A DNA stretch of 64,000 bases from a virus: the IMG/VR virus record IMGVR_UViG_3300048999_000191; one strand, 5' to 3'. A program made the translations under genes and the position numbers. Below, one piece after another: positions 10,226 to 19,712 of this stretch. Position 1 is the first letter of the stretch, and every line of letters starts with the position of its first letter. The notes under the pieces were generated by a model that saw only the letters and a program-made list of their open reading frames with translations, did not search any database and was not told the origin of the DNA.

Positions 10226-10927
10226 TCAGTCGTTCTTGCGCAGGTACAGCGACGCGCGAGCCGAACCGGTCTTCGTGCCCTCCAGGAGCAGGTGCGCGCG
10301 GACCGGGTTCTTCCGGAGCCACTCCAGCGCGCGGCCCTCGTCGACCACGCGGATCTGGCGGGTCATGGCCAGGAAGTCCTCGTTGCTGAGGATCTCGTCC
10401 TCGACGAGGTCACGCAGGCGGTCCAGATCCAGCTCGGTCTTGCCGCCGGACACCTCGCGGGTCAGCTTGACGTCCAGACCCGGCACGACGGCCGACTCCT
10501 TGTCCGCGACGATCGCCCAGCCCTCCTTGGTGTGCTGGGTGTCCACGTCAATCTTGCCGTCGTGCGCGGCGATCGCGTCGAAGTGGTTGAAGATCGCGGC
10601 CTTGATCTGCTCGCGCGAGCGGTCGAGGCCCTTCGAGGCCTTGTCCCAGAACACGTAGGTGCGGGTGAGCGTCTCCAGCTCGGCCTGGGTCAGCATCCGG
10701 CGCCGGTCCGGCAGCTCCAACTCGGCGAGCAGCTTGGCGACCTGGGAGACCGCCTCTTCGGCGTCCTCGTTGAGCGCGGCGTTCTGCGGGATCGGCGTCT
10801 CGGCCAGCTGGACAAGGTCCTTCTCCGGCTTCGCGGCCTGGAGGACGTCGGCGACGGTGGCCCGGACCTTGGACAGCGCGGCGCGCACGCCGTTCAGCTG
10901 CGGGGTGACCTCGATGGAATCGGACAT
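10226..10927 (-). CDS. Hypothetical protein (helical)
   Basis: GGAGG RBS, typical codon usage. Confidence 0.7.
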   Translation of the reverse strand: MSDSIEVTPQLNGVRAALSKVRATVADVLQAAKPEKDLVQLAETPIPQNAALNEDAEEAVSQVAKLLAELELPDRRRMLTQAELETLTRTYVFWDKASKGLDRSREQIKAAIFNHFDAIAAHDGKIDVDTQHTKEGWAIVADKESAVVPGLDVKLTREVSGGKTELDLDRLRDLVEDEILSNEDFLAMTRQIRVVDEGRALEWLRKNPVRAHLLLEGTKTGSARASLYLRKND

Positions 10928-10980
10928 GAGCCCTCCCGGGGGCGGTAGGTGATCCAGTGACTTCGGTGGTCGACTGGTTC

Positions 10981-11009
10981 AGAATACCGTACCCGGATCA
11001 GGATTTCAA
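10981..11009 (-). promoter_or_regulatory. Host sigma70/HrdB-like promoter
   Basis: TTGAAA-N17-TATTCT on minus strand upstream of 10927. Confidence 0.55.
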
Positions 11010-12619
11010 CCCCTCTGGCCGATCCCGAGGAACTCGCGCCGGTCGGCGGCAGTGACGTAGCCGTCGTCGGAGTCGCCACCCACCAGGTCGTCGTGGGCCT
11101 GGTTCCGCTTGATCATCTTGCGGATGATGCCCTCTTCGACGGTGCCCTCGGCGATCATGGTGTAGCAGGTGACCAGGTCGTGGACCGAGCCGATCCGGTG
11201 TGCGCGGTTGATCCGCTGGGTCCGCCGGGCGAAGCTCAGCGCGCTCTCGTACTCGAAGACGTACTGGGCGTTCTGGAGGTTCAGGCCCTGGCTGGCCGCA
11301 TCCGAGGCCAGCAGGATCTCGGCCTGGCCGGTGACGAAGGTGTTCTTGCTCCGCTCGTTCTCCTCCAGCGAACGGCCGCCGTGGTACTCGACCACGGCGA
11401 AGCCCGCCTTGCGCAAGTCGTCGCCGAGCGCACGCAGCACCGAGCGGCCGAAGAAGGAGAAGACGATCGCCTGGGCGCCCTGGCCCTTGACGATCGGGGT
11501 CAGCCGCGAGATGAGGTCGATCGACTTCGACGAGGGCATCTCGCACAGCGTCTGCGCGCCGACGATGTCCACGATCGTCTGGGAGATCTTGTTTCCGGCG
11601 TAGAGGTGGCTGGCCGGATGCCCGGCGGTCATCCGCTGCACGGTGAAGGCGAGGTCCGCGATACTCTGCGGCACCTCCTCGCCCTCCGGGAAGATCATCT
11701 CATTGATCGCCGTGTAGAGCTTCTTGTGCGCGGGCTCCAGTGGCACCCACAGCGACTTCTCGACCTGCTTCGGGAACTGGGCTCGGACGTCCTCGTCGGT
11801 TTTGTGCTTGATCAGGCAGATCGGCCGGAAGGTGTCGGCGAAGCGCTCGGCGGCGTGCGCCTGGTAGATGTAGTGGCCGTAGAGATCTCGGCCCCGGGTG
11901 AACTGCTCCTCGAAGCTGGCCACGGTCATCATCCGGGCGGGCGTGAGGATCCGGCCGACGTTGTAGCTGTCCTCGATGTCGCGCTCGACCGGCGTGGCCG
12001 TCAGGCCGACGGCGCGCTGGTGCGTGGTCTTGCGCAGCTCCTTCAGCACGTACTCGAAGGCCTTGTGCCGCTGGCTGCCGCGCGAGCGCAATGCGGTGAC
12101 CTCGTCGAGGATCCAGAGCACCCGCTTCCCGCGCAGGCCCAGGGCCTCCATCAGCGGGCCGTCCACGATCTTCTTCGACTTGCGACCCTCGATCTCGACC
12201 TGGTTCACCAGGTCGGTGCGCAGGGTGTCGTAAGTGGACACCAGGACGTGCGGGATGCCGTTCTTGGTCAGGCGCTTCTGTCGACCCTGGCCGTGGTAGA
12301 CGGCTGCCGAGAGGGTGGTGAAGCGCTCGAACTCCTCGCGCCAGTCGACGATCTTGTTCTTCTCGGCGGCCACGATGACCTGGTCGATCCGGCCGTCCTC
12401 GATCAGCAGTGAGGCAAGTGCCATGCCGAAGATCGTCTTGCCGAGCCCGGTATTCCAGCCGACGAGCTGGCCCTGCTGGCTACCTTCCTCGGTGCGCAGG
12501 TAGGCCTTGGCCACATCCTCCGCCTGGAACTGGTAGAGGCCGCGCGGCGAGTAGAAGTTCTTGCCGTTCGGCAGCTCCCGCACTGGGATGAAAGCGGGAG
12601 CTGCCGCGACGGCGGTCAC
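11006..12619 (-). CDS. SNF2-family (SF2) helicase
   Basis: LYQFQ, GWNTGLGKT, ILDEV, GLTATP, SQGLNLQ, QRINRAHRIG. Confidence 0.88.
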   Translation of the reverse strand: MTAVAAAPAFIPVRELPNGKNFYSPRGLYQFQAEDVAKAYLRTEEGSQQGQLVGWNTGLGKTIFGMALASLLIEDGRIDQVIVAAEKNKIVDWREEFERFTTLSAAVYHGQGRQKRLTKNGIPHVLVSTYDTLRTDLVNQVEIEGRKSKKIVDGPLMEALGLRGKRVLWILDEVTALRSRGSQRHKAFEYVLKELRKTTHQRAVGLTATPVERDIEDSYNVGRILTPARMMTVASFEEQFTRGRDLYGHYIYQAHAAERFADTFRPICLIKHKTDEDVRAQFPKQVEKSLWVPLEPAHKKLYTAINEMIFPEGEEVPQSIADLAFTVQRMTAGHPASHLYAGNKISQTIVDIVGAQTLCEMPSSKSIDLISRLTPIVKGQGAQAIVFSFFGRSVLRALGDDLRKAGFAVVEYHGGRSLEENERSKNTFVTGQAEILLASDAASQGLNLQNAQYVFEYESALSFARRTQRINRAHRIGSVHDLVTCYTMIAEGTVEEGIIRKMIKRNQAHDDLVGGDSDDGYVTAADRREFLGIGQRG

Positions 12620-12918
12620 GCAGCTACCTCGGCGGGCAGGGTCAGCGTCACCTGGTACTGAAAGGCCTGGTCGCTGCCGGACACCGGCGTCAATGCGCGG
12701 ATTTCGTCGGCGAGGCAGCGCAGGATCGGCACGGCGCCGTCGAGCGCGTGGGGGAACTGGGCGATGAAGAGCACCTCCAGCGCCTCCTCGCGGACCTCAC
12801 GCTCGGCGTGGGCCACGTAACCGTCCAGCTCGATGAACCAGGGGCCGGGGTCGTGCAGCGCCCGCTCCAGGGCGTGCGCCATCGTGACCGCTCGGGAAAC
12901 CGCGAGGTCGAACGACAT
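12616..12918 (-). CDS. Hypothetical protein
   Basis: AAAGG RBS; GTGA coupling to helicase. Confidence 0.6.
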   Translation of the reverse strand: MSFDLAVSRAVTMAHALERALHDPGPWFIELDGYVAHAEREVREEALEVLFIAQFPHALDGAVPILRCLADEIRALTPVSGSDQAFQYQVTLTLPAEVAA

Positions 12919-12951
12919 GACGAGCCCTTTCTGAGGTTGCTCTCTGCGATC

Positions 12952-12980
12952 ATTGTCGCAGGTCAGGACGAATAGCTCAA
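12952..12980 (-). promoter_or_regulatory. Host sigma70/HrdB-like promoter heading the replication arm
   Basis: TTGAGC-N17-GACAAT with AT-rich upstream sequence. Confidence 0.5.
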
Positions 12981-13079
12981 TAATTAAGGCCGAATGGCTC
13001 GCTTATTGCGGCCCTTTGGGGTAAGAAGAGCGGCACTTTGTCCTTCGAATGCAGACAGAACCCCAGGTCAAGACGGCAA

Positions 13080-13111
13080 ACGGGCCGCCCTCCCGGAGGA
13101 AGACGGCCCGT
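13080..13111 (-). terminator. Terminator after holin
   Basis: acgggccg...cggcccgt hairpin followed by TTT on minus strand. Confidence 0.55.
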
Positions 13112-13124
13112 GCTGAGCTGAAGA

Positions 13125-13514
13125 TCAGGCGTCGACCGAGGTCACCGGCGTGACGACCGGCTTCGCCGCCGGTGCGAACACCTGAGTCCTCAGATACCAG
13201 GCCACCCCGGCCTCGACGAACACCATGACACCGGACTGCACCTCGATCGAGAGGTTGAACCGCAGTGCGAGCGCGAGTGCGATGAGGGCCTTGAGCAGAC
13301 CGGCCACCAGCGGGGCCGCCTTCTCCTTGGACACCGCCAGCGCGGTGAGCAGACCGAACGCGGCGGTCAGCACGGCCAGGATCGCGCCGTTGAGACCTTC
13401 GCTCAGATGCAGGAACGGCGTGAGGAGTACCAGCACGCCCGAGGCGAGCTGAAGCCACTGGGCCGGTTCACGACCGAGGAAAATGACCGGCTTGGCCGGT
13501 TCGAGTGTCGTCAT
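13125..13514 (-). CDS. Holin (4 TM)
   Basis: Four hydrophobic segments; IFLGREP start; downstream of endolysin. Confidence 0.8.
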   Translation of the reverse strand: MTTLEPAKPVIFLGREPAQWLQLASGVLVLLTPFLHLSEGLNGAILAVLTAAFGLLTALAVSKEKAAPLVAGLLKALIALALALRFNLSIEVQSGVMVFVEAGVAWYLRTQVFAPAAKPVVTPVTSVDA

Positions 13515-13531
13515 GATCGATTTCTCCTTTG

Positions 13532-14500
13532 TCAGCCGACGATGTCGATGTCGAACGGCTCGGCCGCGCTGTAGTTGACGTCCGCCCAGACCCCGCCCGG
13601 CAGGTCGTACCGCCGGTGGCTGGTGAGCCGGTTGTTGTAGCCCGGGGTTTGAGTCGGGTTGTGGCCGATGCCGTTGTGGTCGTTACCCCAGGCGAAGATG
13701 TCGCCGACCCACATCGGCTTCGAGAAGCCGGTGCCATCGATACGCGGCCGGACGACGATCGCGGCGCCCGCGCTGCCCGAGAGGTTGACCCGCACCGTGT
13801 TCTGCCCGGCGTTGGGCGGGGTGACGGTGATGCGCTCCATGATCTCTACTCCTGCCTGATTGGGCTGTGACGCCGGAGCGCTGGGCACGCCGGGTCCGAA
13901 CGCGTTGAGGATCAGCACACGGTCGGTCGAGATGCCGCCGACCTTCGGCTGGACGTTGTTGTCCTGCCAGCCGTTGACCCACGAGCGCACGGCCGAGCGC
14001 GATCCACACTGGACGGCGAAATCCACATGCCCGCGTGCCGCGTCGATGGCGTCGGCGAAGCCGTAGCCGCCCGCGACCGCCCGGCCGAGCACGCTCACCG
14101 CGCCGTCGAGGTAGTCCTGCCAGGACTTCGCCGGGATCGTGGTGCGCCCGGTGCTGGTGAACCAGCGATCGCAGCAGAACAGGATCTTGCCCTGCCAGCC
14201 GAGGTAGTTCATGCCCGCCTGAGCCCGCCGGGCATTGGCCTGCCCAGCGGCGTAGCCGCCCAGTGGATCGTCGACCCCGACCTCCATGTACATCGCGTCC
14301 ATCGCGATGCCCGCCGCCTTCAGGCTGGCGTACTCGGCCCTGGTGACGTGCTTGGTGCGCACCAGCGCCGGGTTCGAGATGTCGTCGATGTAGCGGATCG
14401 CGCCGGTGGCGTACTCGCCTTTCGGGCCGACCTGCGTTTGCGCGATGGTCCTCCCGTCCAGCTGCGTGGCGCTGTAGTCGATGTGCCAGGTGTCGGCCAT
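13532..14500 (-). CDS. Endolysin, DUF1906/GH25-like glycoside hydrolase plus C-terminal domain
   Basis: IDYS, AIRYI, ILFCCD, GGYG, WQ, TDR motifs; ATG 14500 with GAAGGGG RBS. Confidence 0.75.
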   Translation of the reverse strand: MADTWHIDYSATQLDGRTIAQTQVGPKGEYATGAIRYIDDISNPALVRTKHVTRAEYASLKAAGIAMDAMYMEVGVDDPLGGYAAGQANARRAQAGMNYLGWQGKILFCCDRWFTSTGRTTIPAKSWQDYLDGAVSVLGRAVAGGYGFADAIDAARGHVDFAVQCGSRSAVRSWVNGWQDNNVQPKVGGISTDRVLILNAFGPGVPSAPASQPNQAGVEIMERITVTPPNAGQNTVRVNLSGSAGAAIVVRPRIDGTGFSKPMWVGDIFAWGNDHNGIGHNPTQTPGYNNRLTSHRRYDLPGGVWADVNYSAAEPFDIDIVG

Positions 14501-15432
14501 CACAGCCCCTTCGCGGCCAGCCAGGCCCGCAGCGCGTCGGAGACGAGGTGACCCTGCCCGTAGTGGTGCTCGTTCACCCACGGCCGGAGATGCGTTGCCA
14601 GAGCGCGATCAGCGTCGTCCACAGACGGCGCCACAGGCTGGGGCTGCTCGCCGGGGGCGGGCTGGGGGACGGGGACGGGGCTGGGAAACGGGCGGCCCGT
14701 GAGGTCGGTGTAGGCCGACGCCAGGGCTTGCTTGTCCACCCCCTGCTGGAAGGCGGCGGTACCCAGATGCTCGGGCCAGATGACGCCCCAGGCCTCCTCG
14801 GCCTGGTGGCTCCAGAAGCTCGGCGTGGTCTCGAACTTCTCCGCCCAGGAGATCAGCTCGGGATTCGGGTCGTAGCCGCCGACGAAGACGGCATGGCCGC
14901 CCCACTCGCCGGAGCGCTCGTAGTTCCAGGTGCCCTGCTGACTGCGCTGGGCCGTCAGCAGGTTCACGCCGAGCAGCAAGCCGCCGAAGATGGCCGTCCA
15001 GGCCCGGACCTCCTCGACGTTCTGCACGTCGATCTTGGCGAAGGCCACGCACTTCTTACCGCCGATGCCGTTGTGCTGGACCTCCTCCAGCATCGTCTGC
15101 ATGTCCACGCCACTGTCTCCGGGACCACCCGGGTCGGCCGGGTCGAACGCGGGGTTGCCGGAGCGGCGGTAGAGGTCGAAGACGTCGTTCTGGCTCGGGG
15201 TCTCCTGCGTGCCGGTCAGGTACGCGGTGACCTGACGCCGCTGGTTGGCCACCGAGGTGGGCCCGCAGACGCCGTAGGTGTCGTTGTCGTAGAGCCCGTA
15301 GGTGGCCTTCGAGAGGTTGTCGGCCGCTGCCGGGTGCTTCGGGATGACCCCGGTGAGGAACCGCGAGGCGCGCAGAGCGGGCGCGTTCTTCGGTGCGCGC
15401 CGCCCGAGCATGCGGGCGGAGGTGTTCGGCAT
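14500..15432 (-). CDS. Papain-like (C1-type) cysteine peptidase
   Basis: NDTYGVCG (Cys), GGHAVFVGGY (His), ISW. Confidence 0.65.
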   Translation of the reverse strand: MPNTSARMLGRRAPKNAPALRASRFLTGVIPKHPAAADNLSKATYGLYDNDTYGVCGPTSVANQRRQVTAYLTGTQETPSQNDVFDLYRRSGNPAFDPADPGGPGDSGVDMQTMLEEVQHNGIGGKKCVAFAKIDVQNVEEVRAWTAIFGGLLLGVNLLTAQRSQQGTWNYERSGEWGGHAVFVGGYDPNPELISWAEKFETTPSFWSHQAEEAWGVIWPEHLGTAAFQQGVDKQALASAYTDLTGRPFPSPVPVPQPAPGEQPQPVAPSVDDADRALATHLRPWVNEHHYGQGHLVSDALRAWLAAKGL

Positions 15433-15452
15433 GGTGATGCTCCCTTCCGCAG

Positions 15453-15481
15453 GTTGGGCGCGGAGAGGGGGCCGTGGGCAG
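15453..15481 (-). promoter_or_regulatory. Putative late promoter motif (lysis operon)
   Basis: CTGCC-N19-CCAAC. Confidence 0.6.
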
Positions 15482-15555
15482 GGCTACCCAGGAAGGTAGG
15501 GCTGCTGATCTTTCCTGACTAGCCGTGGTTCGTCGGCCTGTGTTACCTTTTGTCC

Positions 15556-15765
15556 ATGGAGATTGTCCAGCCACCAGAGATCGAGTTCTGGACTCGGCAA
15601 GAGGTCGCGAAGTTCCTGCGCGTAACGACCAGAACCGTCCAGCGCATGGGACACGAAGGCCGCTTGACCGAGTACCGGAACGGCAACATCGTTCGCTACG
15701 ACCAGGCCGAGGTCCGGAACTTGCTCCAGCCCGTCGCTCCCTCGGCAGTCGAGGAGCAGGCCTAA
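15556..15765 (+). CDS. Excisionase-like HTH protein, probably leaderless
   Basis: WTRQEVAKFLRVTTRTVQRM...VRYDQAEV; TGT-TACCTT -10-like hexamer ends 6 nt before ATG 15556. Confidence 0.75.
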   Translation: MEIVQPPEIEFWTRQEVAKFLRVTTRTVQRMGHEGRLTEYRNGNIVRYDQAEVRNLLQPVAPSAVEEQA

Positions 15766-15768
15766 CTC

Positions 15769-16974
15769 ATGGCGACCTTCTACGAGCGACCGGAGAGGGG
15801 GTGGACCCCCATCCCCGACGAACTCATTCAGGCCGCCGAGCTGTCTCCCGTCGCGCGGCTCGTGCTGATGCACGCGATGTCCAACCGCGCCGACTGGGAA
15901 GAGCCCGCCTGGAAGATCGCGCAGCGCCTCGGATTCTCTCGCGAGCGTGTGATCAATGCTCTGGCCGAGTTGAAGAAGACCGGCCACGCGCGCAAGACCG
16001 CCACCGTCACGGTGCCGGGCCGACCTCCCCGGCAGGGCTGGGACTTCGCCTGGCCTGCGTTCGTCGAGGCCACCGGCCATCGTCGGGTTTCGCCATCGTC
16101 GGAAAACCCGACGATGGCAGAGGATCTCCAGGTGGAGCCCAAAGTCGGATTTCACCACGATGGCGTTTCCCATCGTCGGGTTTTGCCATCGTCGGATTTC
16201 CCGACGTCGGGAAATCCGACTCCATTACTAGACCAAGGTTCTAACGAGACTGTTGATCCACTAGACCAACCCACGAACAAGACGAAAGAACACATCGCTA
16301 AGCCCGACCCCGCACCGGAGGAGGCCCCTGTGGCCCTGCTGAACCTGAACGACTTCGAGGACCTGCCCTCGGCCCCGACCAAGCCCCGGCGCCAGCGCCC
16401 CAGCCCAACGACCGATGACCCGAACTTCGACAAGGCCTGGGTGGCCTACGGCCACAAGGTGGACCGCGTGCAAGCCCGGAAGGCCTGGACCCGGGCGCTG
16501 AAGAAAACCTCGGCAGAGACCATCCTGGCCGCCATTCCGGCCTACGTGGCCGTCACCGCAGCCAAGGGCGAGCCGGAGGGCACCGGCGCCGCCTGGAAGC
16601 CCCGGCGGAAGAACCTGGCCACCTGGCTGAACAACGAGGGCTGGACCGAGGTGATCGAGGCGCCGAAGAAGGGCTACCAGGGCAACGCGGGCTCAGACGT
16701 GAAGACCATGGAGGGCGCGCTGGAGCGCACCATGGCCCGGCCGATCTGCAAGCTCATGCGCACCGGTCCGATGACGGGTGACCTGGACTGGAACCGGGCC
16801 TGGTACTACCACTGGAACGTCGCTGAGCAGCGCGATTGGACCGCAGAGCAGCTGCTGGCCACCGGCAACACTCCCGAGGACGTGGAGTGGCTGCTGGAGG
16901 CCTACGCCGACGGGATCGACCTGGAGATCTACGACCGGATGAAGCGCGACATGAACATCACCGAGGAAGCCTGA
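15769..16974 (+). CDS. Replication initiator-like protein (N-terminal wHTH; lambda O-like layout)
   Basis: WTPIPDELI...LSPVARLVL...VINALAELKKTG wHTH; FDKAWVAY..KVDR..A.KAW and LATWLNNEGW motifs; internal repeats. Confidence 0.72.
   Translation: MATFYERPERGWTPIPDELIQAAELSPVARLVLMHAMSNRADWEEPAWKIAQRLGFSRERVINALAELKKTGHARKTATVTVPGRPPRQGWDFAWPAFVEATGHRRVSPSSENPTMAEDLQVEPKVGFHHDGVSHRRVLPSSDFPTSGNPTPLLDQGSNETVDPLDQPTNKTKEHIAKPDPAPEEAPVALLNLNDFEDLPSAPTKPRRQRPSPTTDDPNFDKAWVAYGHKVDRVQARKAWTRALKKTSAETILAAIPAYVAVTAAKGEPEGTGAAWKPRRKNLATWLNNEGWTEVIEAPKKGYQGNAGSDVKTMEGALERTMARPICKLMRTGPMTGDLDWNRAWYYHWNVAEQRDWTAEQLLATGNTPEDVEWLLEAYADGIDLEIYDRMKRDMNITEEA
16076..16270. repeat. Iteron-like direct/inverted repeats; candidate replication origin
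   Basis: Four direct copies of CCATCGTCGG (two pairs 16 nt apart) plus an inverted copy at 16108-16118; perfect 30-bp palindrome 16191-16220; two ACTAGACCAA copies in an A-richer tract. Confidence 0.75.
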
Positions 16975-17690
16975 TGCTGGATTTCAACAAGATCCTTACC
17001 CCGCTGGACTTGATCCGGCCGGAGGACCTCTACGAGGGCTTCGACGTCGACAATCCGCCGGACCCGGCGAACTACTGGGACGCCGAGGCTATGGCGCCCA
17101 GCGAGGAGTGGAACCAGCTGCGGGCGATCTGGGTCAAGGTCAAGGTCTATCAGGCGCTGCACTCCCCGAAGTACGTCGCCGCGCCGGACACCTACGAGAT
17201 CCCGCGTCCGCTCAAGAACTGGGCCGATCGGATCATCGCCGGAGAAGTCCCGCATCCGCTGCTGGTCTTCGGCAATGTCGGCGTGGGCAAGACCTGGGGT
17301 GTGAGCGCCATGGCCTGCTACCTGGCCGCCTTCTGGGACCGGAAGGTCTGGGTGGAGGCGCCGCCGATCGCCTTCCGCAAGGCGTCCCGGATGGTCAGCC
17401 AGCTGAAGAACTTCGGCAGCGGCGAGGCTCGTGAGCAGGCGCACTTCGAGGTCGTCCACGCCAAGGTCTTGGTCGTGGACGACCTGACCCGAGCCAAGCT
17501 CACCGACTTCGACATGGAGACCATCGGCGAGCTGGTCGACGCGCGCCAGGACGCGAAACTGCCAACGATCTTCACGGTGAATCACGACGCGGACACGGAG
17601 CTGACCGATCTGATGCCCGCCTTCCTGGCCAGCCGTCTCGGCCAGGGTCAGCAGGTCATCATCCTGGGCCCGGACCGACGGGCGGCGTAG
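16974..17690 (+). CDS. DnaC/IstB-like AAA+ ATPase (helicase loader)
   Basis: GNVGVGKT, VLVVDDL, PTIFTVN, ASRL; TGATG coupling. Confidence 0.82.
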   Translation: MLDFNKILTPLDLIRPEDLYEGFDVDNPPDPANYWDAEAMAPSEEWNQLRAIWVKVKVYQALHSPKYVAAPDTYEIPRPLKNWADRIIAGEVPHPLLVFGNVGVGKTWGVSAMACYLAAFWDRKVWVEAPPIAFRKASRMVSQLKNFGSGEAREQAHFEVVHAKVLVVDDLTRAKLTDFDMETIGELVDARQDAKLPTIFTVNHDADTELTDLMPAFLASRLGQGQQVIILGPDRRAA

Positions 17691-17720
17691 TTGTGCCGAC
17701 ACTACCCATTCTGGTACTGT
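17691..17720 (+). promoter_or_regulatory. Possible sigma70-like promoter for DinG
   Basis: TTGTGC-N18-TACTGT with TGn extension. Confidence 0.35.
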
Positions 17721-17751
17721 TCCAGCATCACCCGCACCGGAGGGACATCAC

Positions 17752-19704
17752 ATGTTGACCTGGACTGAAGCGGAGCAGCGCCTTGCTGAGTCGCTGCCCG
17801 CCTACGAGTCGCGTCCCCAGCAGAAGATGCTGGCCGAGGCCATCGAGATCGCCCTGGGCGAGTGCAAGGTCGTGATCGGCCAGGGCGGCTGCGGCGTGGG
17901 CAAGTCCTTCGCCCTGCTCATCCCGCTGATCATGCACGCGCGGCGCACCGGTCTCCCGGCCGCCGTCTCCACGGCGACCAAGAGCCTCCAGGACCAGTAC
18001 ATCAACAAGGACCTGCCCTTCCTGCTCCAGCACCTGGGCGAGCCCTTCACGTACGCCGTGGTCAAGGGCCGGGGCAACTACGTCTGCAAGGCCAAGATGC
18101 AGGAGCTGAAGCCGGGCGACATCCAGTACCGCGAGGCGCTGGTGCAGGAGCTGGCGGCCGACCCGACCCACTCCGGCGACCTCACCGACCTGGTCACTCC
18201 GATCGAGCCCGCCGAGAAGCGCTTCATCGTCTCGACCTCCGACGAGTGCCCCGGCAAGAGCGAGTGCCCGTTCGGCGACAAGGGCTGCTACGCCGAGGTG
18301 GCCAAGGACCGGGCGAAGCGCTCGAACATCGTGGTCGTCAATCACGCAGCGCTGATCACCGACCTGAAGATCAAGCAGGAGGGTGGTTTCGGCCTGCTGC
18401 CGGAGTTCGGCGCCATCGGGGTCGACGAAAGCCACGAGCTGGAGAGCTACGCGACCAACGCGCTCGGCGCCGAGGTCACCCAGCGCGGGATCGAGAACCT
18501 GGCGAACGAGGCCATCAACCTGCTCTCCGCCACCGTGTCGGCCGAGACCTCGGCCCTGCTGGGCGCGGCAGAGCGGCTGTTCTTCCACCTGAAGAAGCTG
18601 CTCAAGGAGGCCAAGGAGCGCACGGTCAAGTTCGGCGACCGCGAGGCCCTGGAGGCCGAGAAGCAGCTGGGTGACATCCTGCGCGCGCTGCTGACGCTGA
18701 AGAAGGCCGCCGAGGCGGCCTATGTGACCGAGGACGCCGAGCGGATGCGCCTCAAGCGGCTGAAGAAGCGCATCAACTCGATGTTCGACAAGTTCAAGGC
18801 GGTGGTCTTCTCGACCTCGGCCGAGCTGGTCCGCTGGATCGAGTCGGACGACAAGCGCGGCGTCGTGCTGAAGTACGCGCCGCTCTACGTCGGCGAGTTC
18901 CTCAACGAGATGATCTGGGAGCGCGGCCCGGCGGCGCTGGTCTCGGCCACGGTGGCCATCGGCAACGACTTCTCGTTCGTCGCCGAGCGGCACGGCATTC
19001 CGGCCGGGTACGACCACGTGGACGCGGGCAGCCCGTTCGACTTCGAGAAGCAGGCCAGCCTCTACATCCCGGATAAGTGCGACCCGTCGGCCGACCCGGC
19101 GAACTGGCGCTCGAAGGTGCGGATGCAGAGCCTGGAGCTGATCCGCAAGGCGGGCGGCCGGGCGCTGCTGCTGTTCAGCTCGCGGGCGAACATGCAGGCC
19201 ATGCACGACTCGATGAAGGAATCGCTGGAGGACATGGGCTTGACCGTGCTCATCCAGGGTCAGGGCACCGTGAAGCAGCTCGGCGAGAAGTTCAAGTCGG
19301 ACGAGACCAGCGTCCTGTTCGGCCTGAAGTCCTTCGCCACCGGGTTCGATGTGCCGGGCGATGCGCTGCGGGTCGTGATCATCGACAAGATGCCGTTCCC
19401 GGTCCCGAGCGACGTGATCTTCGCGGCACGCGCCGAGGCGATCGACAAGGCGGCCACGAACAAGTGGGTCGACGGTGCCTTCCCGAAGCTCTCGGTGCCG
19501 AGCATGGCCCTGGACCTGCTCCAGGAGGCCGGGCGGCTGATCCGTACGACCAGCGACGAGGGCCTGATCGCGATCTTCGACTCGCGACTGGTCGAGAAAC
19601 GCTACGGCAAGCAGATCCTGAAGGCGCTGCCCCCGGCGCGCCGAGTGGGTACCTTCCAGGAGGCCAGCTCTTACCTCGAAGACCTCTCCTCCCGTCGCGG
19701 GTAG
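17752..19704 (+). CDS. DinG/YoaA-family Fe-S DNA helicase
   Basis: YESRPQQ, GGCGVGKS, KGRGNYVC, ECPGKSECP..GCY, VVVNHA, DESH, SAT, GFDVPG, QEAGRLIR. Confidence 0.92.
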   Translation: MLTWTEAEQRLAESLPAYESRPQQKMLAEAIEIALGECKVVIGQGGCGVGKSFALLIPLIMHARRTGLPAAVSTATKSLQDQYINKDLPFLLQHLGEPFTYAVVKGRGNYVCKAKMQELKPGDIQYREALVQELAADPTHSGDLTDLVTPIEPAEKRFIVSTSDECPGKSECPFGDKGCYAEVAKDRAKRSNIVVVNHAALITDLKIKQEGGFGLLPEFGAIGVDESHELESYATNALGAEVTQRGIENLANEAINLLSATVSAETSALLGAAERLFFHLKKLLKEAKERTVKFGDREALEAEKQLGDILRALLTLKKAAEAAYVTEDAERMRLKRLKKRINSMFDKFKAVVFSTSAELVRWIESDDKRGVVLKYAPLYVGEFLNEMIWERGPAALVSATVAIGNDFSFVAERHGIPAGYDHVDAGSPFDFEKQASLYIPDKCDPSADPANWRSKVRMQSLELIRKAGGRALLLFSSRANMQAMHDSMKESLEDMGLTVLIQGQGTVKQLGEKFKSDETSVLFGLKSFATGFDVPGDALRVVIIDKMPFPVPSDVIFAARAEAIDKAATNKWVDGAFPKLSVPSMALDLLQEAGRLIRTTSDEGLIAIFDSRLVEKRYGKQILKALPPARRVGTFQEASSYLEDLSSRRG

Positions 19705-19712
19705 GAGGCCCC

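Noticed and set aside
16076-16270. CRISPR array
   Set aside because: Repeats are 10-16 bp, abutting or inverted, lack unique spacers and lie inside a CDS; no cas genes, and DinG has no type IV cas neighbours
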